DNA from: Candidatus Lustribacter sp.
Lineage (GTDB): Bacteria; Vulcanimicrobiota; Vulcanimicrobiia; Vulcanimicrobiales; Vulcanimicrobiaceae
Assembly (NCBI GenBank): GCA_965277805.1
Contig: OZ255842.1
Coordinates: 1,056,001 to 1,120,000, forward strand
Direction of reading: 5' to 3'
Length of the DNA stretch: 64,000 nt
Under the pieces are notes generated by a model. It was not told the DNA's origin. It made no database searches and was given only the letters and a program-made list of their open reading frames with translations. The position numbers were made by a program, and so were the translations under genes. Each line of letters opens with the position of its first letter. The first letter of the stretch is position 1. Shown piece by piece: positions 23,991-34,251 of this stretch.

Positions 23991-24545
23991 CTATCGAGCG
24001 GCGTCCGCAGGAACGAACGTAAGCCTGACCGTGTCATCGCCCAAGGATGTGGTATCGATCAGCCGCAGTGGCGTTCGCGCACGGGCAAAGTACGGCTTCC
24101 CGCGCCCAAGAATAAACGGACGATAGTAGAGCTGATACTCGTCGACAAGACCGAGGTCAGCAAGGTTCGCGGCCAGATCCGGCCCGCCAACCGCGATTTC
24201 GCCATCGACCTCTGCTTTCAACCGGCGAGCGACGGTCGCGACATCGTCCACAAGCGTAGCGTTGGGTCCAACCGATGTCAGCGTGCGAGACGCGACCCAT
24301 TTCGGCATCGCGCGCCACGCCGCAGCGAATTCGTACTCGGCCGCGCTCCACCCCGGCTGGTCCTCATCCCAGCTGCGCATAACTTCGTACAGGCGGCGAC
24401 CATAGATACTACCTGCGAGCTTACCAACATAGTCAATCCAATACCGAAAGAGCACGACGTCCGGCGGCGGCATCTCCAACTCGCCATCGACGCCCCCAAT
24501 GTAACCGTCGAGCGAGAGCTGCATGCCAAAGACAAGTTTCGCCAT
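23991..24545 (-). CDS. Dihydrofolate reductase/RibD C-terminal family protein
   Basis: SLDGYI, YGRRLYE, GGPDLA, GLVDEY, GRGKPYF. Confidence 0.88.
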   Translation of the reverse strand: MAKLVFGMQLSLDGYIGGVDGELEMPPPDVVLFRYWIDYVGKLAGSIYGRRLYEVMRSWDEDQPGWSAAEYEFAAAWRAMPKWVASRTLTSVGPNATLVDDVATVARRLKAEVDGEIAVGGPDLAANLADLGLVDEYQLYYRPFILGRGKPYFARARTPLRLIDTTSLGDDTVRLTFVPADAAR

Positions 24546-24593
24546 ATCTCAGCGAAGCCGCCGAAGTAGTAACATCGTGCTGGGTCTCCTATC

Positions 24594-25556
24594 TCATTTC
24601 GCGAGTAGAGCGACGGGGTTGATCATATCGCGTGCGTTCGCACGGTGCGCGAGCGAATGCTCGTCAAATGACGCATCCAGCACCGGCTGCATCAGGGCCG
24701 GATCGAAAGCCTCGCCGTACGCCGCGCGTCGCATCTTGCCGAGCAATTCGGGCGGAAAGGGGGTGTATTTTTGGAGGATCGCGCCCGAGGCGGCAGCGTT
24801 GACAGGATTGTTGGCCCACCCCGCCGCTTCATGCGTAGCGCTCACGAAGCGCTTCGCGGCATCGGGATTGTTCTTCACCCAATCCGCGGTCGCGAACCAC
24901 GCGGTCACCTGGACGGGATTGCCGATCGCGTCGTACGGCGAGCCGATATCCCGAAGCTGGTCGAACGATGCGGTGAGCGCGGGCTCGTTCAGTTCGGCGG
25001 CGGCAACGGTCCCGTGGGCGACGGCGGCGGCCATCGCAACCTGCGGCATCTCGACGAACTTGATCGTGGTCAGATCGGCGCCATTTTTCTCCAGCCACTT
25101 CATGGTCGAAACGCGAGCCGGACCGGTGAGCGACGGGACAGCAATGGTAAGCCCGTTGAGGTCCTTCGCGGTGTGAATCGGCGCGTTCTTGGCAACTACG
25201 ACGCCGCTCGTGCCGAGCGCGCCGCGGTGCATGAATCCGGGGGCGAGCAGCGTGAGCGAAATGCCGTGATCGCGTGCGTTCGCGACCGCGGTGATGTCGC
25301 TCTCACCGATGTCCACGCTGCCGCCGGCGACGGCGCTTGCTATGCCGGCGCCGCTTCCCGCGCGAATCGTCTGGATCTCGCTCGTGATGCCGTATTTCTT
25401 GTAGATGCCCAAGTCTTGGGCGTAGTAGCACAACGCGTTGCCGTCGTTGCCCGGCGTGGCAATGCGTATCACGATCGGCGTCGTTTGCGCGCGCGCCGGT
25501 TGAAGCGTCCCCACCGCGAACACGGCCATTGCGGCTAGTGCATTACGTCGACGCAT
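24594..25556 (-). CDS. ABC substrate-binding protein, NMT1/SsuA-like
   Basis: MRRRNALAA signal; AVAGGSVDIG, KDLNGLTIAV, EP motif. Confidence 0.85.
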   Translation of the reverse strand: MRRRNALAAMAVFAVGTLQPARAQTTPIVIRIATPGNDGNALCYYAQDLGIYKKYGITSEIQTIRAGSGAGIASAVAGGSVDIGESDITAVANARDHGISLTLLAPGFMHRGALGTSGVVVAKNAPIHTAKDLNGLTIAVPSLTGPARVSTMKWLEKNGADLTTIKFVEMPQVAMAAAVAHGTVAAAELNEPALTASFDQLRDIGSPYDAIGNPVQVTAWFATADWVKNNPDAAKRFVSATHEAAGWANNPVNAAASGAILQKYTPFPPELLGKMRRAAYGEAFDPALMQPVLDASFDEHSLAHRANARDMINPVALLAK

Positions 25557-25557
25557 G

Positions 25558-26822
25558 CTAGTAGCGCGCGACCCGGGCAACGGCGGCAACAGCGCGCCAG
25601 TCATCGCCGGCCGGCACGATCTCCTCGAACGCGCGCACGAAGCCGTGTGCGGCCGGGTCGACACCACGTGGCTCGCCACCAGCTTCGACGACGGCGACAG
25701 CCTCGAGCAACATCTGGCGCATGACGATGATCGCACGGTCGGTCGTCCCAAGGTGTTCTCGCGAGCGGTCGACCACCGGCCCCATCCCCTCTTGCACCGC
25801 GAAGTCTTGCGTGTTGATCCCGGCGATACCGGTGAAGCTGCGGGTGCGCTGCACGTCCCGGTCGACGAGATAGTCGTTCGAAGCGTTCTTCTTGAGGTGA
25901 AAGTCCGGCAGTAAATCGCCCGGCCCACGTCCCGCGCCGATTTTCATCGCCATCGCTTCCTCGTGCGGAATCGGCCGTTCGGGGTCGGTCGAATAGTGAA
26001 TGTTGAAGACCGCAGTCGTTACGCAGTCCATCGGCACCCGCAGATGGCCGTCAATGCGCGGCGCGAACGAACCGCCGCGCGGCCCGCTCGTCATCCCACG
26101 TAACTGCATCGAGGGCATGACATACTGGTAGCCGCGCAGCCACGCATCTCCGGCACGGCTGCGCAGACCGGTGTATTGATATCCGTACGCCGTGGGCTCA
26201 ACGTCGATGCGCGGAACCGTGGCTTCGTAGTCGCGCAGCCACGAGCGGTCGCCGATGTTGCCGTTGTGCATGATCGTTGCGTGCGAGGAGTCGAGCCCGC
26301 CTTCGAGTGCTTGCAAGTAGTTGCAGTCCTCGAGCGTCTTCGAAATGAAGCGGTGCGTGGGCGGGGTACGGATGAACTCGTAGTTCGGCCGGCCGGGCAT
26401 TGATGTAGCGGGACCGAGGTACGCCCAGACGATGTCGCCGCCTTCCCAGGTCGGGTAGGCCGTGATGGTGACTTTGCTCTTGAAGACGAATCCGGCGGTT
26501 CTGACGGCATGTCGACACAGGATCCGTCGCGATCGAATTTCCAGCCGTGGTAGACGCAACGCAGCCCGCACTCTTCATTGCGGCCGAAGAACATCGGTGC
26601 CCGGCGGTGAGGACAGAACGCATCGACTAGGCCGACATTTCCGTCGGAGTCGCGGAATGCGATCAGGTCCTCGCCGAGCAGCCGCACGCGTATCGGTGCG
26701 CCGTCGCGTTCGGGCAATTCGTCGCTCAAGAGCACCGGCAGCCAATAGCGCCGCCAGAGGTTGCCCATCGGGGTCCCGGGGCTCACGCGCGTCAAGCGCT
26801 CGTTCTCCGCCTGCGAGAGCAT
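25558..26822 (-). pseudogene. Rieske non-heme iron oxygenase (phthalate 4,5-dioxygenase/LigX-like) with frameshift near 26487
   Basis: MLSQAENERL..GTPMG, Rieske CPHR and CVYHGW in one frame; FKSKV..CNYLQALEGGLDSSH continues in another frame. Confidence 0.85.
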
Positions 26823-26826
26823 CGCG

Positions 26827-28124
26827 CTAGTTCCGCGCCCCGACCGGCTCCTCGAGCGAGCGCTTGAACTTCGCTCCGTTATACGCCGCAAACACTTTGC
26901 GAAGATCGTCGACAATGGGCGACGAGCGTAAGCCCGAACGGCGAACGACACTGTCGAATCCGTCGGTGAAGTTCGATTTGTCGCGCTCGACCGCGAACTG
27001 GATGAGCGTGTTCCGGGCGGGATCGCGCAACGTTCCCATCGGATCCTCGTCGGCTTCGACTTTCGCCAGCTCGCGTTTGAGCATCTGCCGGTAAAGGATC
27101 ACGCCCTCATCCGTCGTGCCGAGCCGCTCGAGATCGCGCTTGGCAATATTTCCCTGTGACTCCCACGCCATCACGTCTTGCACGCCGATCGTGTCGAGCA
27201 TGTAAGTGCCGCGTTCGTCGCGCACGGGCATTTCGTGAAAGTACAGGCGGTCGAGCAAATACGCCGGCACCTCGGCATCGCGGGTGGCTCGAACGCATAG
27301 TACCAGTAGTGCATCGTGTGCTCGTCGTCGATCGGCACGCGCAGCTGATAGCTGTGCACTTTCCAGAGGTGACCGCCGCCGCTCCCAACCGCGAGCATGT
27401 TCGGGAAGATCACCGGATGTCCGGTCTTCCAGTCGTCGGCATCTTCCGTCTGTCCTTCGAGCAGCCGCCGCTTGTACACGCCGAATTCGAATTCATCGAA
27501 CGCGATCTTGAGCTGCTTCTTCGCAATGGGAAACTTCTGTCCGGTGCCCTCTTCGAGAAATTCGAGCAGCGCGCCGTGCAGCCACTGGGTGTGAATCGGG
27601 TCGAGCGAGTTCTCCATGATCTGCAGCCAGTTGCATTTCACGGAATACCACGCGCACGTGCGGATCTTGTTCTCGCCGGCGAGGCCGTCCCAGCGCGGCA
27701 AGAGAGGCGCGGGCTGCGGCCCGAGATACGCCCACAATAACCCGCCCATCTCTTCGACCGGATAAGCCGTGGTAGCGCACTTGTCTTTGAACGTACTGCC
27801 CTCGGGTTCGTTCGGCTGTTCGATGCAGCGCCCGGTGAGATCGAACTTCCAGCCGTGATAGGGACAGCGAATGCCGTCGGCGTCGGGGATGCCGTAGGCG
27901 AACGACGCGCGCCGGTGCGGACACTGCTCCGCGATCAGCCCGAAACGCCCGCTGCGATCGCGGAACAGCACGAGATCCTCACCGAGAAGGCGCACGCGTC
28001 GCGTCCACTTCGTCGCCAGGTCCTCGGCCGCGGCCACGACATGCCAGTAGCGGCGCTGCAGGATCCCCATCGGCGTGCCGGGACCAACCTGGGTGAGTTG
28101 CACGTTGTCTCTCTCGCTCAACAT
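26827..28124 (-). pseudogene. Second Rieske oxygenase (same family) with frameshift near 27275
   Basis: MLSERDNVQL..GTPMG, CPHR, CPYHGW, CNWLQIMENSLDPIH; C-terminus (QDVMAWESQG, LGTTDEG) is in a different frame. Confidence 0.85.
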
Positions 28125-28180
28125 GCAAGTCGCCTTCCGTCGCAGCAGGAACCGGGCCTGCCCAAGCTTGAGGAAGGCCC

Positions 28181-29146
28181 ATGACGCGCCTGAGCCGCAC
28201 CACCTTCCTCGCCGCCGGAGCAGCGGTGCTCGCGATGCCGGGCCGCGTTCGCGCGCAGTCGCTCGTGAAACTGCGAATCGCGAGCCCGCCGAACGCGGAC
28301 TTCGTGATGGCGGCGTACGCACAAAAGGCCGGCATCTTTCGCAAGTACGGCCTCGACGCCGACATCACGATCATGGCCAGCGGTTCCGCAGCAGCGGCGG
28401 CGATGGTCGGCGGTTCGCTGCAGCTGGCGCGCTCGAGCACGCTGAGCCTGATCGAGGCGCACGCCCGCGGTCTGCGCTTCGTCATCGTTTCGCCGTCGTC
28501 CGTCTACAACACCGATGCGCCGACCTCGGGACTCGTCGTCTTGAAAGACGCCCCGATCCGTTCCGGCGCCGATCTCAACGGCAAGGTCGTTTCCGTTCCC
28601 GCAGTCGGCGATCTCGACACGATCGCAACGAGTGGCTGGATCGATCAAAACGGCGGCGACTCGCGCACCGTGAAATTTCTCGGCCTGCCGCATCGCGCCG
28701 CGCCCGAAGCCCTTCTCAGCGGCCGCATCGCTGCGTGTAACTTGCCCGAGCCAAATCTCACCGACGCGCTCAACAGCGGCAAGTGCCGCGTGCTCGGCAA
28801 AACGCTCGACGGAATCGGCAAACATTTTATCAGCACCGCGTACTTCTGCACGTCTGAATACGCCGTGGCAAATCCGGACATCATCGCGCGCTTCAGAAAA
28901 GCGCTCTACGAATCGGCCACTTATGCGAACGCGCACAATAGCCAAATGTGGCCAATCATCGCGGGTTTCACGAATGTCGACGAAAAAACCGTAGCGTCGA
29001 TGCCATGGGAAACGCTGCCGACAACGGTGCGCGATCTCGATCCATCAATGATCCAACCGCTCATCGACACCGCCGTAAAATACAAAGCCATCGCCGCTGC
29101 CTTCCCAGCCAAAGAAATGATCGACCCAACGCTCACCCCATCGTAA
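28181..29146 (+). CDS. ABC substrate-binding protein, NMT1/SsuA-like
   Basis: Tat-like SRTTFL signal; GIFRKYGLD, DLNGKVV, EP motif. Confidence 0.85.
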   Translation: MTRLSRTTFLAAGAAVLAMPGRVRAQSLVKLRIASPPNADFVMAAYAQKAGIFRKYGLDADITIMASGSAAAAAMVGGSLQLARSSTLSLIEAHARGLRFVIVSPSSVYNTDAPTSGLVVLKDAPIRSGADLNGKVVSVPAVGDLDTIATSGWIDQNGGDSRTVKFLGLPHRAAPEALLSGRIAACNLPEPNLTDALNSGKCRVLGKTLDGIGKHFISTAYFCTSEYAVANPDIIARFRKALYESATYANAHNSQMWPIIAGFTNVDEKTVASMPWETLPTTVRDLDPSMIQPLIDTAVKYKAIAAAFPAKEMIDPTLTPS

Positions 29147-29156
29147 AACCGCCCTG

Positions 29157-29205
29157 TGTCATCTCGAGCAAGCGCCCGCAGGGCGCGTCGTCGAGGGACC
29201 GCCAC
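29157..29205 (+). repeat. REP-like repeat with an extra internal hairpin
   Basis: TGTCATCTCGAGCAA-GCGCCC-GCA-GGGCGC-GTCGTCGAGGGACCGCCAC. Confidence 0.7.
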
Positions 29206-29267
29206 ATCGCCCGCCAACCGAGCGTTTCCCTCCGTGAACCACCCATCTGATTGGGAACATCAATATT

Positions 29268-29453
29268 ATGAGTGACGTCTACCAAACCGAAATCAACCCC
29301 GATGACGAACCCGGCGAGCGCCTGCAAGAAGGCCTCCGCGGCGCCGACCAAAACGACCACGACGCCGACGGTCAGATGGCCCGCAGCGGCGTCGACCGCC
29401 GCAAAAACGGCCCTCGCGTCGGCGACCGCCGCGATCTCAGGCCCGCGCTCTAA
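29268..29453 (+). CDS. Small hydrophilic hypothetical protein (61 aa)
   Basis: C/G-ending codons in this frame, followed by a clear terminator. Confidence 0.55.
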   Translation: MSDVYQTEINPDDEPGERLQEGLRGADQNDHDADGQMARSGVDRRKNGPRVGDRRDLRPAL

Positions 29454-29482
29454 CAGTAGGCCTCACCCCACCCAGAACGAAC

Positions 29483-29513
29483 AAGGCCCCGAGCAATCGG
29501 GGCCTTTCTTTTT
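29483..29513 (+). terminator. Intrinsic terminator
   Basis: AAGGCCCCGA-GCAA-TCGGGGCCTT followed by TCTTTTT. Confidence 0.85.
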
Positions 29514-29534
29514 CACCCAACGGAGAGCCGAGCG

Positions 29535-30503
29535 ATGACAAGCGTCTCACGATTTTGCGCATGCATCCTATCCGCCGCGCTAAGCCTCGCCATCGTCACG
29601 GCGCCCGCCTCAGCGCAAACCACCGCACTCACCCCAATGCGCATCGCCAATCTCGGCTTCACCGAAGCGAGCGCGCTGCCCGTCTACGCGCAAGGCGCCG
29701 GCATCTTTAAGAAATACGGCATCGACGCCACGATTACGACGTTCAACGGCGGCGGCGCAATTATCGCCGCGATTGCCGGCGGCTCGCTCGACGCCGGCTT
29801 CTCAAACATCACCTCAGCCGTCGCCGCAATCCAAAAAGGCATCCCGATCCTGATCTTCTCCGCCGCCAACCTGACGGCAGCCGGTCACGCCGACGCGCTC
29901 CTCATGAAAGCCCGCGGCTCGAAGCTAAAAACCGGCGCCGACCTCAACGGCAAAACCATCGCGGTCACGACGCTCGGCGGAACGCTGCAGCTCGGCGCCG
30001 AGGAGTGGATGGACAAAAACGGTGGCGATTCAAAGACCGCGCACTTCATCGAAGTTCCGAGCTCAAACATGCCGGCCGCATTGAAGCAAGGCCGTATCGA
30101 TGCCGCGATGGTCTCCGAACCATTCCTCAGCGAAAACAAGGCCGACATCGAACCGCTCGCCGACGCGTTCGCCGCAATCGCACCGCAGTGGATCAGCGCC
30201 GTCTTCGTCGTCTCAAAAGCATGGGTCACCGCCAACCCGGACGCCGCCCGCCGTTTCGTAGCAGCGATGCACGAGACAGCCCGCTGGGCGAACACCCACC
30301 CAACAGAAACAGCAAAGATTCTCTCGCCGCTCTCCAACGTGCCGCTAACGACCTTCGCAAACATGGAGCGCTCCACGTACACCGACCAACTCACCAAAGC
30401 GCTGCTACAACCCGGCATCGACGCCGCCTACCGCTACGGCGCCCTCAAAGAATCCTACGACACCGCCGAGGCCGTGGCGGCCGCAGCCCCCTACCTAAAA
30501 TAA
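29535..30503 (+). CDS. ABC substrate-binding protein, NMT1/SsuA-like
   Basis: Signal peptide; GIFKKYGID, AIAGGSLDAG, DLNGKTIAV, ALKQGRIDAA, EP. Confidence 0.87.
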   Translation: MTSVSRFCACILSAALSLAIVTAPASAQTTALTPMRIANLGFTEASALPVYAQGAGIFKKYGIDATITTFNGGGAIIAAIAGGSLDAGFSNITSAVAAIQKGIPILIFSAANLTAAGHADALLMKARGSKLKTGADLNGKTIAVTTLGGTLQLGAEEWMDKNGGDSKTAHFIEVPSSNMPAALKQGRIDAAMVSEPFLSENKADIEPLADAFAAIAPQWISAVFVVSKAWVTANPDAARRFVAAMHETARWANTHPTETAKILSPLSNVPLTTFANMERSTYTDQLTKALLQPGIDAAYRYGALKESYDTAEAVAAAAPYLK

Positions 30504-30658
30504 AGAGGCTCCCTCGCGCGCTTGATGGGAGCATCGGTACGCCCGAGGATAGGTCCTATTGCTCTTTAGCACACGCCGTTACGACGATAGAATGCGCGGG
30601 AGGACCGCCGGACGTACCACACCCCGCCGGCGGCCCTCTCAAGCACTACTCTGCTGCC

Positions 30659-30808
30659 TTAAGCAAAATCGCCAAGAACAGTGCCGACCTCTTCCGTAAT
30701 CTCCGCGTCCTTTTCCTCATCGGTGACGGAAGGGTCGTCGTTGTCCGCGATCGCAAGCGCCTCGTCGAGCGTTTCCTTGTCGTTTCCGGTTTGGCCGTCG
30801 TTGTTCAC
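30659..30808 (-). CDS. Small acidic hypothetical protein (49 aa, below ORF-track cutoff)
   Basis: GTG at 30808 to TAA at 30659 reads MNNDGQTGNDKETLDEALAIADNDDPSVTDEEKDAEITEEVGTVLGDFA. Confidence 0.5.
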   Translation of the reverse strand: MNNDGQTGNDKETLDEALAIADNDDPSVTDEEKDAEITEEVGTVLGDFA

Positions 30809-30829
30809 GCCCGAACCATACCCAAAAAT

Positions 30830-32959
30830 CTACCCCTGGGTGGTCGGCGCTGAAACCCAATGCTCGAGCGTGGTCGCGAGCGCGCGCGGGTCGACAGGTT
30901 TGGTGAGGTGATCGTTCATGCCGGCGGCGAGGCACGCTAGACGCTCCTCTTCCATGGCGTGCGCGGTCATCGCGATGATCGGCAGCTGCGACACGCCCAC
31001 CTGAGCGCGAATCAGGCGCGTCGCTTCGAGCCCGTCCATCACCGGCATCTGCACGTCCATCACCACCACATCGAACCGCTGCGGATCGGCCAGCACCGCG
31101 GCGACGGCCTCGCGTCCGTTGTTCGCAAACTCCACCAGCATCCCGAGCCGGCGCAGCAGCCGATCGAGAATCTGCCGGTTGATCGCGTTGTCCTCGACGA
31201 CGAGCGCGCGCCGCCCGGCTAGTGCGTGCTCCCCCGTCGACTGCGTCTCCTCAACCGCCGCGCCGTTGACGGGCGGCGCCACCGCAGCCGCAGACGGCCG
31301 CGTCAGCACGGCCGTGAACGTGAACGTACTGCCCGCGCCGGGTGTGCTCTGCACGCTGATCGTCCCGCCCATTTTCTCGACCAGCGCTTTGCTGATGGCG
31401 AGTCCCAAGCCGGTGCCGCCGAAGCGTCGCGTGATCGACGAATCACTTTGCGCGAACGCATCGAACACGCGCGCCTGCTCGGGCTCGCTCATGCCGATGC
31501 CGGTATCGTGCACGGAGGTCACCAATTCGATCGTGCGCTCCGTACGCGCGCCGCTAGCGATCCGCACGTTCACGGCACCGGTCTCGGTGAATTTGATCGC
31601 GTTGCTGACGAGGTTGAGCAAGATCTGGCCGAAGCGCAGCGGATCGCCCACGAGCTCCGCGGGCACGTTGGGATCGACATGTTGTTCGAACCCGAGGCCC
31701 TTTTCGCTCGCACGCGTCGAGGCGAGACTGCGCACGTTTTCCAACACCGCGTTGAGGTCAAACGGAATCGCTTCGAGTTCGAGCTTGCCGGCCTCCACCT
31801 TCGAGATGTCGAGGATATCGTTGATCACGTTGAGCAGCGACTTCGCCGAATAGTCGATCTTGTTGAGGTAGTCACGCTGCTCGGCATCCAAATTCGTCAA
31901 GAGCGCGAGATTGGTGAGGCCAATGACGCCGTTCATCGGCGTGCGAATCTCGTGGCTCATGTTAGCCAAGAACGCGCTCTTGGCTTGATTCGCGCGCAGC
32001 GCATCCTCACGCAGCCGGGTCAGCTCTTTGTGTACCGCCTCCTGCTGGAGCCACGCGAGCAAGACGATCAGGATGATCAGCGTCGCGCCGGCCGCGGTGC
32101 CGACCGTCACGCGCGCGACGCCCGCCGTTTGTTGGAGGATATCGGCGTAGGCAAGACCGGCCACGGCGACGATCGGATATCCCGGAACGGCGTGGTAACC
32201 GAAGACGCGGTTGACGCCGTCGAGCGAGGTTTTCTGCCAGTAATAGCCGTGCGGAGCCGCGGCCAGCGCGGGCCAGAACGGCGAGTTTGCGGCGAGCTTC
32301 CGGCCGACGAGCGCTTGCGAGCGGATCGCCGAAACGCGTGACCGGACGATGCCGTCGTGCTGGCCGATGAAGTCCATCACGCCGTGCGGTCCGAAGTCGC
32401 TCGCGGTGTAGCCGTAGCTGAACGCCATGACGTTGATGACCGAGGTGATGGTGCCGACCACCGTGCCGTTCGGCCGCCGCACCGCCCGCGCGAACGGAAT
32501 CGAGTACTGCTTCGTCACGCGCGCAACGAGCGGGGTGCCGATGATCAGCGATCGGGAGCGCACGGCGGCTTTGACGTAGGCCCGATCCCCGATCGAGATC
32601 GGGGAAATGCCTTTGACCCCGACGGCAAAGCCGTTACCCGAAGCGTCGATGACCGCTATGTTGCCGGAAAGCCCGCGGTAGAGCTGCTCCTGTGCGATAA
32701 GCGCTGCCGTAGTCCGCACCCCGTTCTTGAGGTCGTAGGCCCCCAAGAACCGGAGCATGTTGTCGACGAGGTTGATGGTCGAGGAACCGTCGCCTTCGTA
32801 CGAGGTGGCAAGCTGCGTCGCCCGTGAGATGGCATCGGTGTTGGCGCGCTGGTTGAGGGCCGCGATCTGGGCCGCACAGCCAAGCCAGGTCGCGACGATC
32901 AGGAGGGCCGCGACGACGACGGGTCCCCAAAAGCCGCTGGAACGGAAGCGATGTGTCAC
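30830..32959 (-). CDS. Hybrid sensor histidine kinase (Cache sensor, HisKA, HATPase, receiver)
   Basis: Two TM helices flanking a periplasmic domain; [45 protein letters not shown]. Confidence 0.93.
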   Translation of the reverse strand: MTHRFRSSGFWGPVVVAALLIVATWLGCAAQIAALNQRANTDAISRATQLATSYEGDGSSTINLVDNMLRFLGAYDLKNGVRTTAALIAQEQLYRGLSGNIAVIDASGNGFAVGVKGISPISIGDRAYVKAAVRSRSLIIGTPLVARVTKQYSIPFARAVRRPNGTVVGTITSVINVMAFSYGYTASDFGPHGVMDFIGQHDGIVRSRVSAIRSQALVGRKLAANSPFWPALAAAPHGYYWQKTSLDGVNRVFGYHAVPGYPIVAVAGLAYADILQQTAGVARVTVGTAAGATLIILIVLLAWLQQEAVHKELTRLREDALRANQAKSAFLANMSHEIRTPMNGVIGLTNLALLTNLDAEQRDYLNKIDYSAKSLLNVINDILDISKVEAGKLELEAIPFDLNAVLENVRSLASTRASEKGLGFEQHVDPNVPAELVGDPLRFGQILLNLVSNAIKFTETGAVNVRIASGARTERTIELVTSVHDTGIGMSEPEQARVFDAFAQSDSSITRRFGGTGLGLAISKALVEKMGGTISVQSTPGAGSTFTFTAVLTRPSAAAVAPPVNGAAVEETQSTGEHALAGRRALVVEDNAINRQILDRLLRRLGMLVEFANNGREAVAAVLADPQRFDVVVMDVQMPVMDGLEATRLIRAQVGVSQLPIIAMTAHAMEEERLACLAAGMNDHLTKPVDPRALATTLEHWVSAPTTQG

Positions 32960-33040
32960 GCCCTGAAGCGATTAGCCGTCTGCGTGCTACCGCCTTGAGC
33001 GGCCCCGCTTGGGGGTGCGTTCCCCGGGTACCATGCCCGC

Positions 33041-33232
33041 ATGACGAACGAGAAGAAAGACCACCTCTCGCCGGGCGAAGCCAGCCGCGAAGGCCTGCGT
33101 GAACTTGAGGAAGGCCATCCTCACCACGACACGACCGCGCACACTCCGGCGAAGCACCCGAGCGGCCCGAAGTTCGATGAAACGCCAGGCGAGGCTCACC
33201 GCGCCGGCCAGCTCCCGTACGAGAAGAAGTAG
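33041..33232 (+). CDS. Small hydrophilic hypothetical protein (63 aa)
   Basis: Genome-typical codon pattern; lies between the kinase and the defence island. Confidence 0.55.
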   Translation: MTNEKKDHLSPGEASREGLRELEEGHPHHDTTAHTPAKHPSGPKFDETPGEAHRAGQLPYEKK

Positions 33233-33278
33233 GCGGGCGCAAATGTCGCGCCGTATGCGCCCGGAACCGTCGTGCCGA

Positions 33279-34205
33279 TCACATTGGCGGCTCCCACGCG
33301 TTTGGCCATTCGACCGCGCGGGCCGCTTCGTACAGTTGCAAAACCCCGCATGCCGGAATCGGCGCCGACCCGTGCATAAAGTCCGGCCTCTTAATTAACC
33401 GTCGAAGGTTAAGACTCTCGAGCCGCTCGATGAAACGACGATCGGGAAGCCGGTCAGATTTTCCGAGATTACAACCGCCACACGCAAGTACTAGATCCCA
33501 GGCTGGATCGTCCAGGAGAAAGCTCCACGGGATCACGTGATCGATATGCACCGCTCCGACGGTGTAGATTAGATCCGCTCCACAGTAGAAGCATGACGGT
33601 CGATCCGTCTCTGCTACGTGTTTATAGAACCACTGAAGAGACTTGCGTTTTATCCCGCGTGCCTCGACCTTCTCAATAATAACCGGCGCCAGCAAATTCA
33701 CTTTCTCGAGGTACCGCGCCCACCAATGATTAGCAATAACCTCGAGCACCATGGCATTCGACCTTACGAACTCAACGGCAGCGGGCGTAAAAGCGATAGA
33801 GTCGCCACCGTCCCAAGTGTAGATCGGAGCGGATCCAGAAGGTAATCCGACGTGGAAGAGTTTCAATACGTTGATGCGCAACGTTTGCGCGATTGATGCA
33901 ATGAGGCGGGCGCGGGCATCGGCAGGAAGTTCAATTAATTTTCTGCAGTTGGTCTCTGTCGCCGCTGTCCTCAGGGCCCGCAAGACCTTAGGTTCCTTCG
34001 ACAGAGACGCAGCCTGGCGGAGATGAAACACAACCGTCTGAGTCCAGTATAGCAGTGCAAATTGCTCCGCAACGTCGACGAGGTCGAGCTTTTCGCGACC
34101 GCCTTCGCTTTGCAGGCGAATGATGGCTTTAAAGAGCGCAGGTTTGTACGTCGTCGACATAGCCGCGTCGCGAGCAAGAACGACGATATCTCTGACGTCG
34201 TACAT
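33279..34205 (-). CDS. HNH endonuclease (type IV restriction-like)
   Basis: CFYCG, HIDHVIPWS, DLVLACGGCNLGKSD; N-terminal STTYKPALFKAI; lower GC. Confidence 0.85.
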   Translation of the reverse strand: MYDVRDIVVLARDAAMSTTYKPALFKAIIRLQSEGGREKLDLVDVAEQFALLYWTQTVVFHLRQAASLSKEPKVLRALRTAATETNCRKLIELPADARARLIASIAQTLRINVLKLFHVGLPSGSAPIYTWDGGDSIAFTPAAVEFVRSNAMVLEVIANHWWARYLEKVNLLAPVIIEKVEARGIKRKSLQWFYKHVAETDRPSCFYCGADLIYTVGAVHIDHVIPWSFLLDDPAWDLVLACGGCNLGKSDRLPDRRFIERLESLNLRRLIKRPDFMHGSAPIPACGVLQLYEAARAVEWPNAWEPPM

Positions 34206-34251
34206 ATTCACGCTGGGAAAAATATGGCTAGCATCGGTGCCGCGACGATGC

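Noticed and set aside
29272-29538. Alternative 88-aa ORF (MTSTKPK...)
   Set aside because: Runs through a clear terminator, and codon pattern favours the 29268-29453 frame
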